This document shows positions 14,295-28,503 of a stretch of DNA of 64,000 nt, one piece after another. The DNA is taken from contig NC_086386.1 in the NCBI RefSeq assembly GCF_036588685.1, positions 5,394,001 to 5,458,000 of the forward strand. Reading direction: 5' to 3'. The translations under genes and the position numbers were made by a program. This DNA comes from Mytilus trossulus. Lineage: Eukaryota. The notes beneath the pieces are model-generated. The model did not search any database. It saw only the letters and a program-made list of their open reading frames with translations, and had not been told where the DNA came from. Each line of letters starts with the position of its first letter. Position 1 is the stretch's first letter.

Positions 14295-14917
14295 TAACGC
14301 GTTATTTTGTTAAACTAACGCGTTATTATGTTAAACTAACGCGTTATTTTGCTAAAATAACGCGTTCTTTCTTCATTTTAACGCGTTATTATACAAATCT
14401 ATCGCGATATTTCATTTTTGCTTTTACTTTAAAATATTATCAAACTAACGCGTTAGTTTTCACTATTAACGCGATAGTTATGAAAACTATCGCGATAATA
14501 CGGAAATAAGCATCAGCCAATGAGAGATTTTGTTACTTCTATGTTTTGGAATTAATGTAAAATAGCTGGAATCCACGGAGACCGAAATAAGTTTTTACAA
14601 AGAATTAAAGAGACAGTCGATTATTGCTTGAGATTGGGATCATCAGATATTTTAGAGACAGACAATCTAACCAACATTAACTTCAGGTCAAAATTTGAAT
14701 AATTCTAATTGATTTCATCGAAAAAACAATAGTTTGAGGTGTAATATCCCTTCGTCCGGCAGTGCATTCGGCTCCGTGGGTGGGGGTTAGGGTCTGCTAA
14801 CAGTTAACTAATAATAATAATCAATTTGTCTCCTGAAATAAAATCTTGTGTTCATATTTTTGATCATACCCTTAAACTCATTCTGTTATATAATTCAGAG
14901 GTATGGGGAGGTTATAT
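14294..14917 (+). repeat. 624-bp direct duplicate of 12349-12972 (period 1945 bp)
   Basis: About 10 substitutions and no indels by manual comparison. Confidence 0.95.
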
Positions 14918-17900
14918 AGTAATTTGCCAATGTGAAGACTTTTCATCAGACACTACATAACGTGAATGCAAGCAACAGTTTACTACTGTCTTCTTGGAAT
15001 TCTCATGTTTTGTTAAAATTGATGTCTCATGCATTGTTCTTGTCATTTCGTCCACACCTATAACTGATTAGAAGGTCATGATTATAAATACTAAAATGAT
15101 CAATGCGTTGTTGTTAATCATAAACAAAACATATCTTAATTAACCTTTCGCAATTTCTGCGTCTTATCGATAACTATTCGTATATGTGCATGTAAACACC
15201 ATCTTGATCTTAAATTGTCAGTAAATCAGTCGTTACAAAATGTATGTGTTATAACTCTCGTATACAATATGAAATTCTGCCATTTTTTCACCATTGGCTG
15301 TTTGTAATTTATAGCATTGGAGTATTTTCTACAAAGTAATTGAATTTCAGTCTATCTTAAGATTTAAATTAGGTTGACAGAGGAAGAACATTCAATGTTG
15401 AGTCAGAGGATAAAATTATATAGAATAAAATGAAGTCAATTATACAGTCAATTCATCATAATATAACTTTATTTCAGTTTGTTTCCCTGAGGATGTATAT
15501 TTAAAATTTGATATTGGCAAAATAATATGATAACTATAATTTCATTTGATGGTTATTTTAATTACTCTTTGGTGTTTTTGTACCTTTCTCTGTTAATTTA
15601 TTACAAACTGAAAACAGATGTGTTGATGATAAATAATAAAATGTAATGCTTGCACCAATGTATTTTTTATGGAATCCCTATATTACAAGCTATAAAATGT
15701 CGTGACTACGGATAGTAGTAGGTAGTAGAGATATGTTATTGGTTTGGTCGTTTAGCCCTCCAACAATATTAAATGAGGCCATTTATATCGTCTTTGGTAA
15801 TTTTTTCGTGTATTTTAAGCACGGACGAGAAAAAGAAATTGATCGACACATGGACAAATAATTTAGTTTTGGATGCAACGCGTCTTCTGATTGACTGACA
15901 TTGTTTAGTTTACCAGCCCATAGACATAATTTAGTCATTATTTCTTTACAGACATAAAATATATTACAATCATTCCTTATATAAAATATAAAACTTCATT
16001 GACGATAGTCAGATTTTTTATGAAGTAATTGCAGTATTTGAAATAAAAGTTTTTGTAAGATGATTTTGTATCATGTCTGATATATTGATCGGTCAGTGTT
16101 TTAAATCATACTTGAATTAGTAAATGCTTGGAGATCATTGCTTCTCTTTTTTTAAAAGAAAAAGAAAAAAAAAAAACAATTACAGCTGTAATAAAAATGA
16201 TAAACCAAAATAAGTATAAAATATCGAATGTAAATAATCAAAAATTGAATTGTCAAGATGCCCGTGCTCGAATCATACGAATAGTTAACATATCTATAAC
16301 CGAACACCTAGGATGTTGTAACAGCTTCGTTTGTACACCATGCTTATGCAACATTTTGAAGAAGAATGGCAAAAGAGCCATAACTGTGAACTTATATTGC
16401 AACATTGTGAGCAGATTTTTGTTTTTAAAAAGAACGCTATTGACATAAATATAAAAATAAGTAACTATCTAAAATGATTTGCTGTTTTCTTTAGTGCACA
16501 AAAAAACTTTTTTTAAATCGCATAACAGATGTTTTATAACTTCATCGGTCTCTAGTACTGCTTAATAAAATGGCTGCTAGTATTTATGTGAAACTAATTT
16601 ATCAAACATCGTAGTGTCCCTACTAGGTCGTCTCTAAATTAGCAAAATAGCTGCTGGAAATGTTGAAGATATGCTACTTCGTCTATCTGTTGTAATGTGA
16701 TCAAAACTTGGCTGCAATGTTTGAAACTGAAATATTTTCCTATGAAATTGGTAGAAAAAAGTTTTCTTTGAAAAATACTTCAGATTTTTATGATACGCAG
16801 CACGGCAATACTGTGGAAAATCTTGTTTTTATTTTTTTTAATTCGCATATTCATTTTGAAATAAATGGGAGGCTAACTTAGTGGTTTGACTTCTTATTTC
16901 GATATGAAGATTTTGTAACGTTCGAAAATATCATTCCATGTGCAGTTCAGTTGAATATGATTCAAAAGTTGCATAGAATGTAATAATTTCCATATTGAGA
17001 GGACATTGAAGTGCATTCTGCTTGATTTTGAAATAAGTGTACATGTTCAACAAACGTAAACTATGCAGTATTTAGAAGTTTCCATTGCTTTCCTCCCGTT
17101 CATTTCAAAGGCAAAAAAATGATACTCAAATTAGACAGCTAATTTCATTAAAATCGTTTTAAAATACAATCTATGGCATGATATTCTGTAGGATAACTGA
17201 AAACTGCTTCGCCTATAACGTGTTTGGATAAAATGAAATAAAAACTTAATTATATATGTACTCATGTCAAACATTAACCATGATTTTCTTTTATATAATT
17301 ATGTATATTTAGCCGATAAAATAAACTCATGTTGTTCAGACTACATATTTGAACTACTGTCGATCTACTGATTCATACTAGAGTTGTCCTTCTTCTCCCG
17401 CGATATATTACCGATTTTGTTTATAAGAACTGATGTATCATGTAGTAAATTAAACTTATTTTTGAAATAAAAAATACTATTGACACATAATTTCATAATA
17501 TTTGATACACTATTACAACTCGTTTAAGTTAGTTTGTATTTGATATTAAACTTTAAATAGATGAATTTTATGAAATTGTGCTTTATTTTTTCCAAGCATA
17601 CAGGAAAATATATTGTAGGATTTTTGACTGTTGCACGTCCTTGTATTTAATTTTATTATTAATTGAAAAACTATAACAATCCCTAGGCATCACCGTACTA
17701 GCTACTTATATTTCGTGAGTCTACAGGGAACAGACCCCACAAATCCATCATTGCTTTACATTTGTACACAACGTGTTTCACAACTCATCTGATATCTGCT
17801 TTTGTATATATACTACGTGGAAAGAAAGATAACTCATTTTCTAATAATGTTATATTGATGTTGAAACTCACACTTACGTTTTATTTTATTTTCAGTTTGT

Positions 17901-20578
17901 CAAAAATATGTGTTTTGAATTTGTTTACATGACAATGAAGATTATCATTAAGAGGTAGATATTTTAATAAAATATTTGGCACTTTTTTTTCTTTTTAAAC
18001 ACATCTTCCTCTTCATATGCTTGCATAAAATATATTCCAAAATAAATATACATTTGAACTAATTTTCGTCATTTCTTCAAAAATAAAAAAAAAAAATCGT
18101 CTGTTTATTTATCATTCTACATCAGAAAAAATACACTTGATAAATATAACTTAATTTATATAAAAATAAATTCCCGTAAACTTGTTACACCAGAGTAATG
18201 AGAAAAAACAACAGTAATCGACGAAAGTTTTACTGTCACCATCATGCATTGGTTGACCAATTGGATGTTTTGGTATCTAAATTCAGAAGGGAGAAGTTGC
18301 GTATAATACTCGGTACAGTGTGAGACAGAGAGAACCGATAGCTTGGAATACTTTTGACTGAGTGGAGACTACAATGCGGGTTTAGCATGCATAGATGGAG
18401 AAACTTATTCTAAAAACTTATACTTACATGTACATGTATACCTTTGAATATAGGCATAGTCGTCTGATCTGATGTTACAACTAAACTATACACACGTACA
18501 TGCACATACATGTACATACAAACGCACATAATTAACAATAAATAAACATATTGCACTCAAATATACTAGCCAAATAAGTATGACATGCATTATGTTTGGT
18601 TTAATAAAACATTATCTGTTCAGATGTATAATGCCTCCGGATGCGAGATTTTTTCGCTGTATTGGACACCCATTGGTGACCTTTTGTTGTTTTCTGCTCC
18701 TTTGCCGGGTTATTTTCCCTTTGACATACCCTTTCCATTCTCAGTTTTTTTTGTAGACATGTTGTAAATGAGTTTAATGGAGCAAGCGAAAAGCAGCATA
18801 AACATAGAATCAGAAAAAAAAATTCAGAGGGATAAAAACACATAAGAGGTATTCGCTTATACAATGCATACATGCTTTGCAAACATCTAAATAAAGCACA
18901 ATACTACGTAGCTTTTATAAGTATGTGCAAAATAGAGAAAAAGGCTTAAATCTAGTTTTGTGGATCGTATACTCATGCAAAAAATTACCTTAACCTTTGA
19001 CGCGGCCTTGGTGAATATATCAATATTCTAGATGTATAGACATATGTTATTGTGTTACCATTTCGCCGTGAGACATTAACTTTATAATGTAACAATACTT
19101 TTCATGGCGCTGTGTGTTTCATTCTATACAATAGTGGATCTCATTTACAATGATTTATTATGTTGTCGTGTGTATACATATTCTATCGCTGATTTGGAGA
19201 AAGGGAAGATGAGAAATCACGAATTAAATATAAAACCAAAAATGTACTTTCCTTACGATTTCAATTGTAGCTGCATTTTCCAAATATTTATAAAATGTAT
19301 TGCTGATTCCTTGACTAAGTGTATCCATCGATTTGATTAACGAATTATGTCTATGATTTTATGTTATTTTATTAAAGAAATATTTTAAGTTAATGTTAAT
19401 ATCTTTATTTGTTCACAATGTGCATACATTTCACACCGCACTTGTTTCTTATAAATGTGAAATCGCCTTTTTTTGGCAACTGCTGAAATTGCACATATAT
19501 TTTTCCCTAATATCATTGTCCATCATTTAGAGATAATAGAGGCACTAGTATTAACACACGGACATTTTTTATTCTGTGTAATTATAGAGCTTGGGAAACT
19601 GTCTGGAGTTTTAATGAAGTGCTTTGAAGTCTAAAATGAGCTACGATTAGAACGTTGACAGCTATATGACCATGGATGACAGACCACAAATTACATGTAT
19701 TGATCTGGAACACAAGAATTGTAATCTTACGTGGCTAAAGGATTTCTTTTATGGCTAGATACCACCATCAACAATCAGGAGTAAATCGTTAATTATTAAC
19801 TGCAAGAAGTACTGATGCGGATGAACACTTTTTGTGCAATGGACAATCTTAAACCAAAATTAGCTGTTGTCATTCAAAATATAATACCATTGTAATTTAA
19901 AAATTCTCACATTGTATTTGCTGCTATTACTGAACATCAAACCTCATCAGACAGTGCCTCTATGTAAATTAACTCATCTTAGATATCGGGACAATTTACA
20001 TTTGCGCCAGGCGAGCGTTCCGTCTAAAAAAGACGCACGAGTGAAGCTCGTAAATAAGAGTAAAAACAAAAGCCAAAAAAAGCACGCAATTGAAGAGCAT
20101 TGAGGGCTAAAATTTACTTAATATTTTGTCAAATACTGTAAAGGTTATCTAATCCTGGGGTAGAAAAGCCTTTAAGTTAGAAGTTGAAAAAAAAGTTTGG
20201 GAAACAGTTGTTATTTTATAATTTTGACCATATCAATGATAATTCATGTCAATACAGAAGTTCTGATTACTGCATTCGAAAAATATAAGATGGATACGAA
20301 CTTGATAAAGGTTCTCGCTATGAATGATTGAAGACATACAGCAATGCAACAGTTATGGTTATTTTCGAACAATGAATATTATAAAACAATAGGGTAATAT
20401 AAATCTTACAAAAATACACCCATTGAACATACAAAGAAATAATCCAGACAAATCTTATATTTACTTGATACTATTAATATTGGTTCTGGAAGACAGATTT
20501 TCCGTAATTGAACTTAAGAAACTGTTAAATATGCCGCCTATACACCAGACATACGTTTCGTTGACTACAAAATGACTC

Positions 20579-20919
20579 TTATCGCAACCGCGGGTAAATT
20601 ATCACGTTGTGATTGGTTTAACGCCGTCACGTGGTGACCACCTATGAGACCGTAGGGGGTTAGTAAGTTTCATTGGGGGTCGTGACGCGGTAATGGTGAC
20701 GTCATGTATTAATGTTGTTGTGTTTCTTTGATTATTTTTCAACAAAACGCAGCAGAAAAAGTCCAGCGTCCGATAAATTCGTTATACGGTTAACTACTGA
20801 CCCCCTACGGATCCATAGAGGGTGATTAAATTCATAGGGAACTCGGCCTCCGGCCTCACCCCCTATGGATTTTACTAACCCTCTATGGATCCGTAGGGGG
20901 TCAGTAGCGAACCATATAA
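20579..20919 (+). mobile_element. Small non-autonomous element with terminal ~140-bp hairpin
   Basis: TTATCG...TATAA ends, flanking CTC direct repeat, hairpin 20782-20919; splits a degenerate hammerhead repeat. Confidence 0.75.
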
Positions 20920-23900
20920 CTCATTATATGTGGCGCTTAAATTAAAAAAAGAGAATAGGCCATAAGTAAGCATTCAGGACCAAAGATTCCGAAGAGTTCT
21001 GCTGGATACAGCTAAGATCACGTATTCCTTGGATCAAGAGACGACACGTGTATTCTTGTCCTTATACAGTGCACCGATACCGAAATTTCACTTTATAGAT
21101 ATATTTTCATCATATATACAGATAAAATATAATCTCTTCAACAATTCTGTTTTTTTTTAATAAACGCGTAGTCAAATTAAAATTCATTTATTGGACATCA
21201 ATCTGAGTAAGTCAAATTTCACAAGTCAATTTATTCTTACTAAGTCCAAATACAACAGTTTAACAGAAAGAGTATGAATTTATGTAAGTTATTTGAAAGC
21301 GGCAATTAATCGGATTATGATTTATAAATTAAAGTTTGCAAGTATAGTTTATGATTTACAAAGTATACTTTGTAATTCAAAGCTTTCATTTTGGCTAAAT
21401 AGATCTATTTAAACGGTTCTGTTGTTTAAGGAAATAACACGAATTTGCTTTGGTTATATTAATTTGAAAAGTAAGGATACTGTCATAGTGTATTTACTCA
21501 AGACACAAAACCCTACATAAACCTGAAAAGAAAACAAACATTGGAATATCCGTATATAGCGCTGTTCTACATCTCAGAATCAGAGTAAAACCTTCAATCA
21601 AAAATTCCCGACTACTCACGGTATGTTAAAATCGACCCCTGTCATACAGAATCTTGGCGATACGGTCGTTTATCTTAGTATTCAGCAATAAAATGTCATA
21701 TCGACAAATTACTAAATTTAAAGGCAAATTGTCAAATCCTTTTATAAAATGCCCAACAATGTTAAGAGTCTTTTCGGTAAATTTAATAGATGTATACTGG
21801 CCCTGGTATATTTTAGTTTGGATAACATGATTTATTCATCAGATTTACTTAGCTTCGAACTGCGAGTTCTTTTAGATCAGTAATTTGCGTCTACAATCTA
21901 TATTACATGTAAGTTCCGTGTATCGATCTGATGAATCAATTACAAGCCTTTTCAACTTAAGTTTGTTCTAAAAAAAAAAAATTGTTTTACCACTGTCCAT
22001 GGTCTGGAAAGTTGTTGATATGTTAACCATTTATGTAAGTTAGTATCCTGAAATTCGTTGGTGGTTTCAAATTCTTACTTTTTTTTTATCTTTAAATTGT
22101 TTCACATTTTGTTGTACCGGAGCTTTTTTTAATATCGGACTTAACGATATTGGTTTTTACACATTTTTTAATGTCGTCCTGTGATACATTGGCTTATATT
22201 TTGTCTCTGCTGAATAGTTTTCTCAGTGGCAATCATAGCGCATCTTTTCATTTCACTAATATTGCAACAACCTGTTTATGGCTTTAACTATTTATTTTTG
22301 TGTCTTTCTGGTTGTGTATATTGTTCATCTCTTATATTCATTCAATTGATTTGTTGAAAAGAACGGCGCTGCAAAAATATATCTTATATATCATAGTCTG
22401 TTCAAACTATCGATACGTATCTGTTCCTAGATAACATTAACAATTACAACCATAAGAACGTATACTTTAGTAAAACAGTTATCAAACTACGGACGCCTCC
22501 GGGTGCGGGAATTTCTCGCTACATTGAAGACCTGTTGGTGACCTTCTGCTGTTGTTTTTTTATTTGGTCGGGTTGTTGTCTCTTTGACACATTCCCCATT
22601 TCCATTCTCAATTTTATATAATACTAAACTAGTTTACGTGCAACAAGAGTGGTCAAGGGTTATTTTCATGCAGCAGGTCCAAACTATTTTTAATAGTTGT
22701 TTATACTGCAATGCAGGTATAGTTACTCTTGTGTATTGCAAATATACAGAATTGTACCGTTCAAAACTACATGTTTATATATTCCATCCCTAGTGGCATC
22801 ACACTTTTATTCAACGTTTTTTCATTATTCTCACATCACTCTTAGTCTTAAACATTTCATTGAAGGTTCTGATATTATCCCTTTGAAGTGAAACACGCCT
22901 AACAAAGATTTGACTTTAAATAAACTATAACCAGAACTACTACATGTAGTACATATTTTATTTGTTAACGGTTAAACCTAGGATGGCTATACCACGTAGC
23001 ACTCTTGTTACAAATGTATGAAGAATGATAGGTTATTGTCATTAATGATATTGATGGGATGTTTATTCAAGAGAATTTAGATATTGCTTTAATCAAATAA
23101 AACCGCAAATATCGGTACTATATAAATATTAAACAACCAATGTTTGCTGTAATACCATATTTGCTTTCCTGTGTTCTGGTAACAACACTCTAAGTAAATG
23201 GATAGGATTTCAAGATCTACTTGTCTCATTACATTGTTGCGTGCGTTTACCAAATAACAACATACACTGATCTCTCAAACAAAGGACTTGATTAACTCAG
23301 TAATGTATCATTGCTTTAACGGAAGAATTAACAAATGTACAAATAAAGAAATGCAATTAAAATGACGGAAGTTAACCATCTTACAATAATTATATATAAA
23401 AAGCATAACAATAAACAACATGAAAACAAACCATTTATTATTTCTAGATGTATAGACGATTTTTTTGGTATAAAGACAAATCAGTTTTTAGAAGACATCA
23501 TTTCTTTTGTATCTATATTCATAATTCGTAGTTACATTTATATTAGTGGTGCAAATTAAAAAAAATCTACAACTGTTACAGTAATAATCTGAAACTAGTC
23601 TTCTTTTTTAGATTTCAGTTTCATCTTAATGGTTCAGAAATACGGCAAATGCTATCTATTCCAGGGCTAGAAAAACTTCAGTGTTTCGAATAATTTAACA
23701 ATAAAAATAAACCAACTAAATTCACAGAAAATGAATATAACAATGTTATTAAATTATGTATGCACACTTTAAGTGTCTGTTTCATCATTTTACTTATGAA
23801 CATGTAAATTAAAGTAACAAATTTTTGTAGTGTTAAAAGTAAAGTTGTTTCATTTGATTTGTACATCTTTATAGATATAAGAAGATTTGGTATGAATTCC

Positions 23901-24380
23901 GATGAGACAAATCTCCATCCAAGTAACAAATTATAAATGAAAACCATTATAGGCCAATGTACAACCTTCAACACGGAAATGATCAAATGATGGTTCAGAC
24001 ACTTGACGTGTACTAGCTTAAATCATATATGCGGGGAAGATTATTTTAATAATCTATACTCAAGATAGGATTTTCATTTTGTATACATATTTAGATAAAG
24101 AGAATGTGAACATAAATTTTTCCAATAAAAAATGGTTGATGTTACTAGTATAGCTAATGGATGTACCGTGCCCATTTCATTTTGATTTCATCCGAGAGTA
24201 ATCATAATTGTCCTGACTGTTCTTGGACTGTTGATTAAAAAAAAGAGTATAAGCTATAGTGTATTTGTTATGAAAATGACAAAATATGACATCATAGGCA
24301 AACACATTTTACACTTGTCTTTCAATTAAAAAACATCTTAATCTGAAGAAAATGTTGTCAAGTGAAACATTTTGTTTATT

Positions 24381-25598
24381 TCATATCTGTGTCATTTCAA
24401 TCATCTCAGAATTTGTCTCATTCTGGTCTTCTGTATTCATTGGTTCTGTTGTCGATTCTCCAGATTGTTCTGAGTTCTGATTACCTTCGTTTTTATCATG
24501 ATTCCTTTCCTTTAAATCTGAATTGTTTCTAAGATCATCTAGCGTACTCATTGAGTCCAGCGTATCAATGGATCCTTTAGTAGTTCGACAAACACTATCC
24601 ATAGGGATTGAGGCTCCGGATGTGTCTCCTCCACTACTCTCAGATGGTTTCCATTTAAACGAGACGAGTCGTTTGATATGTTGCCTGAACCGATAGTCGA
24701 ATATTGCATAAATAAATGGATTCGCTACATGATTTACGATAAAAAGCCGCTCAACAATTTTAAGGAAAGAAAACGTAGCAATATCAAGTTTTTCTTCATG
24801 TAAATGTTTACCCACTGATTCAATAGACCATACCGGTAGATAGCTTATTGCAAACACTATTGATATGGTCAATGCTACTTTAGTTGCCTTACTCGATATA
24901 GCATTTCGTGATGAAATACTTTCTCCCATTTGTTTACGACTCTGGCGGTAAACTTTCCATCCAATGAGTGAATACAGAATTATTAGAGCTAGTGTGTACG
25001 ACGAAAATAAAGTGACGGCACAATACGTATAAGCAACAGAATATATCGAGGGATTTCTTAATGATATTGCACACGTGTGTCCCGTCAAATTATATCCGAG
25101 ATCTATTGCCTCAAATTTAGGTATAAATATTTGCGGTGCTGCGCATCCAAATCCGATAACAAAACAAACTAACACCCAATACTTTATGTTCTTGTTAGTG
25201 AATTGAGATTTAAGTGGCATACAAATCTTCCGGAATCTGCAGACGGACAGAAGCAGAATTAGATTTGAAGAATACGCTAGAAAAGTCATAGTCACGACGA
25301 TAAACGTAACACATATCCATTCTGCTGGAAATGAATAGTACTGAGTCACTCGGTTGATATTGAACGGTATACCTATCATACAAAACAAAAAGTCAACAAC
25401 GGCAAGATTCCAAACAATCGTTCTATAAACACTCTTTGCATACTTTCTCCAATAAATTATCAAGACGACAGCATTCCCAGGTATTCCGATAATTAACATA
25501 AGTATAATAAACACTAGAGGTGCTATAAGTTTCTCTGACACACGATGGTTGAAATCATCTATTGTCAATTCTTCTTTCTTTACAGTGAAATTGCTCAT
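24381..25598 (-). CDS. Class A (rhodopsin-like) GPCR, peptide-receptor-like (CCK/orexin-receptor-like annotation class), CDS intronless
   Basis: 405-aa ORF with 7 hydrophobic segments: TM1 GIPGN, TM2 NLAVVD, ECL1 W-x-C, TM3 end CRF, ECL2 Cys, TM6 SYLP, TM7 NPFIY, helix 8 FR; N-terminal NFT sequon; aaaATG start. Confidence 0.96.
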   Translation of the reverse strand: MSNFTVKKEELTIDDFNHRVSEKLIAPLVFIILMLIIGIPGNAVVLIIYWRKYAKSVYRTIVWNLAVVDFLFCMIGIPFNINRVTQYYSFPAEWICVTFIVVTMTFLAYSSNLILLLSVCRFRKICMPLKSQFTNKNIKYWVLVCFVIGFGCAAPQIFIPKFEAIDLGYNLTGHTCAISLRNPSIYSVAYTYCAVTLFSSYTLALIILYSLIGWKVYRQSRKQMGESISSRNAISSKATKVALTISIVFAISYLPVWSIESVGKHLHEEKLDIATFSFLKIVERLFIVNHVANPFIYAIFDYRFRQHIKRLVSFKWKPSESSGGDTSGASIPMDSVCRTTKGSIDTLDSMSTLDDLRNNSDLKERNHDKNEGNQNSEQSGESTTEPMNTEDQNETNSEMIEMTQI

Positions 25599-27586
25599 TT
25601 TGGTCGTAGATTTTGAATCAATATCAAAATAGATTTTACTACAACTGAAAGGATTGACTTTTTATATATGCATGCTAAAAGGCAAACGCATATTACAGCG
25701 ACAACATGTTGGTTCCGGTAGACAAGGTCGGAACAAGTTCATTTAGAAGAAATATTATTATAACAAATCTTAATCATTTTATAGTTAAAATACAGGACAT
25801 TTATCTACATTAAATGTACGGGAAATCTTCTGAATAAATGCCAACTGTCAGATAAAAAAAAAATATATTTGATGTTATTATATTTTCTATGTATATATTT
25901 AAATGACAGGTGGAACAACACAGGAGGATATGCACCTGGTCTACCTCCTTTTAAAAGTGTTGTTTTAAAAAAGTGTAGGCATAGTTTACTATCAATGATG
26001 TACCGGATGAAGAATTACCCTTACAAATGTTTAAGAACAGTTTGAATGCATCAATTAAAATATATATTATAGTTATAGTATTATCACAATAATGAAAACT
26101 CGCTTATTATGAAATTCCAACACGCTTCCTATATTTAGGATAAAAAGTAAAACAGCAAAAATTATTGAAAATGTCAAATTTTAAGGACAATGTTACATAC
26201 ACTGAAATCATCAACCAATATGATTTATTGAATATACACATTGTCGTGTCGTCAAATTGTTTCAATACATAGTACGTAGAATAGGTGACCAACGTACCTA
26301 GGTAGCGCATCTACAGACATCATTAGCCTGTCAACACTGATAATGTAAGTTCGAAACCTGTTTTTGAATATGTGCACGATTCTGAATTGATCATGATTGC
26401 CAGTTTGTATGCAAAAATTAGAGGTTGTCTCCTAGCACATCGACCCCATCTACTAATACAAATACCTGCCACAATTACAACAAAAAGTGCTGACAGCGGG
26501 TTTAAACATTATTGATTTATCAAACTGTGGATTGCTGATCTCAGTAAACCTCACACAAGGGTTTTTGTGCATTCTGTTAATATGTAATTTTAATAATGAA
26601 CGTTCTTTGATTACCATCACCATTTATAACAGTATTCAACTTTTTTTTTTCAAGAATCTGTTATAAGTGAATTTTTGAGATATTTATACCTAGATATAAG
26701 ATGTGGTATAAGTGTCAATGAGACAATTCTTCATCCAAATCACAATTTGTAAAAGTAAACCATTATAAGTCAAAGTACGGTCTTCAACACGGAGCCTTTG
26801 CTCACACCGAACAGAATGAATTAAATACATTAATTAAAAAAACAATTATATTCAAAATATTGAAGTTTTTAGTGTGCTGTTTTTGGTTCACTGAATTATA
26901 GTGACGAAAACTGCAGGAATACAGCCAAAGATAATACGATAACGACATTTCCATGACATTACTGGTGCAATGCAAGAGTTTTCGATTACATTCCAAGTCA
27001 GTATCATTCAAAAGATTGGAAATAGTTTATGCAATTCATGATACAAAAATTCTTTACAGGCTAATCACAACACTGAAACAAAAAATTAGAAATCATGGCA
27101 TTTGAACTGTAGACATTTTCTATTTTATTATTTATAAATTTTGTTACATTGTATTATTAATTTTACATATTGGTTGACAAATGACAGAGAGACTCCTTGA
27201 TATATTCAATCCCTTTAATAACTGTTATTATTTGTGATAATCAATTCCAAACTGTTGTATATCATGACATTTATTGTGGAACGATAATGCATTTCCTCGC
27301 GTTATAGGACATTTGTCTGAAAATGATATAACACAGCACAATGAAACTAGCAAAATGTTGGGAATAATGTGACTTTATAGGTCTCTGGAGGAGAAAATAT
27401 CATTTTTTAAATAACAATCACTGTCAATGTCTATGGTAAGGATCTTAATCATAACAATAGTAAACTTCCATAGATCGCCTTAAATTCTGTATAAAAACTT
27501 CCATAGATCGCCTTAAATTCTCCATAAAAACCGAAGGCTTACTGCAAATCATTTCAAATGATTATAAACCACTATAATTTTAAAAT

Positions 27587-27666
27587 AGACATACATCATA
27601 CACAGCTTGTGTTTGCTGATCAGTGTAGACATACATCATATACAGCTTGTGTTTGCTGATCAGTGT
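27587..27666. repeat. 40-bp tandem duplication
   Basis: tagacatacatcataYacagcttgtgtttgctgatcagtg twice; a 34-bp-period duplication also lies at 27462-27522. Confidence 0.9.
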
Positions 27667-28503
27667 AATGTATGGATTACATACATAACCATTACATCAG
27701 CTGGACTTTGTTTATGGTGTTAAATCTGTCCCAAACAGTTTAATATTACAATATAGTACTCTGGAATGAAAGTAAAACGACACTAATTTATCGACCATAT
27801 GTATGCACATGATGAGTATTGTTTATGGATTTGTATTGTTAAAACTCATACGTGTTGTAAAGTATACCATATGATATAATAATGATCACTTTATTATTAG
27901 CTTTAGGGTATCCGCCAATAATCCTAATTAGTAGCAATGCAAACCAGGAAACAAAGCACTGGGAAATAATATAGGCACTTCAATAACTTAATAAATAATC
28001 TGGAAGACATGGATTTATCTTTGGAAGACTGTTCTTCTTACTCTGAAAGTAATAACAAAACCATGCATTCAAAAACTAATAATTTTATTTATTTTCAAAT
28101 TAAGTAACTCATCGTGCTCTTATCACTTTATCTGCCAACACAACAATGACAATTCTAAATCAGAGAAATGCAGAAGACTCCATGATCTAAACAAGTTAAA
28201 CCCACAAAAAAAGTCGTTAACAACAAACAGGAATATAATAAAAACATTGTGTGAACAAATTAAAAGTCTTAACATAAACATGAACAAATTTATCCCATAA
28301 AGAACATTATATTCATCCCCAACTTTGCCCTGTACCATCGCCTTATAAGGTCTTGACTTTCGTTTATAATGGAATTTGATGCGACTGACATACAAGTGTG
28401 AGGTTAAACTAGCTTTAAAACCAGGCTCAATTCACCGTTTCTACATAGGAAAATGTCTGTACCAAGTCAGGAATATGACAGTTGTTATTCATTCTTTTGA
28501 TGT

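Noticed and set aside
12316-14509. Twin ORFs with LTRY heptad repeats (12316..12564, 14288..14509)
   Set aside because: They are translations of the 21-bp TIR sub-repeats.
12349-14917. LTR retrotransposon or giant TSD reading of the 624-bp direct repeats
   Set aside because: No TG...CA ends, PBS or gag/pol; the repeat ends inside the LINE coding fragment, so it is a truncated tandem copy.
26295-26520. tRNA gene
   Set aside because: Only a B-box-like gttcgaaacc in what looks like a decayed SINE; no cloverleaf.
27900-28060. Alternative CA10-like terminal exon at the acceptor near 28043
   Set aside because: Gives an immediate stop in phase 1; the 31065 exon is closer and gives a CARP-like YEVN ending.
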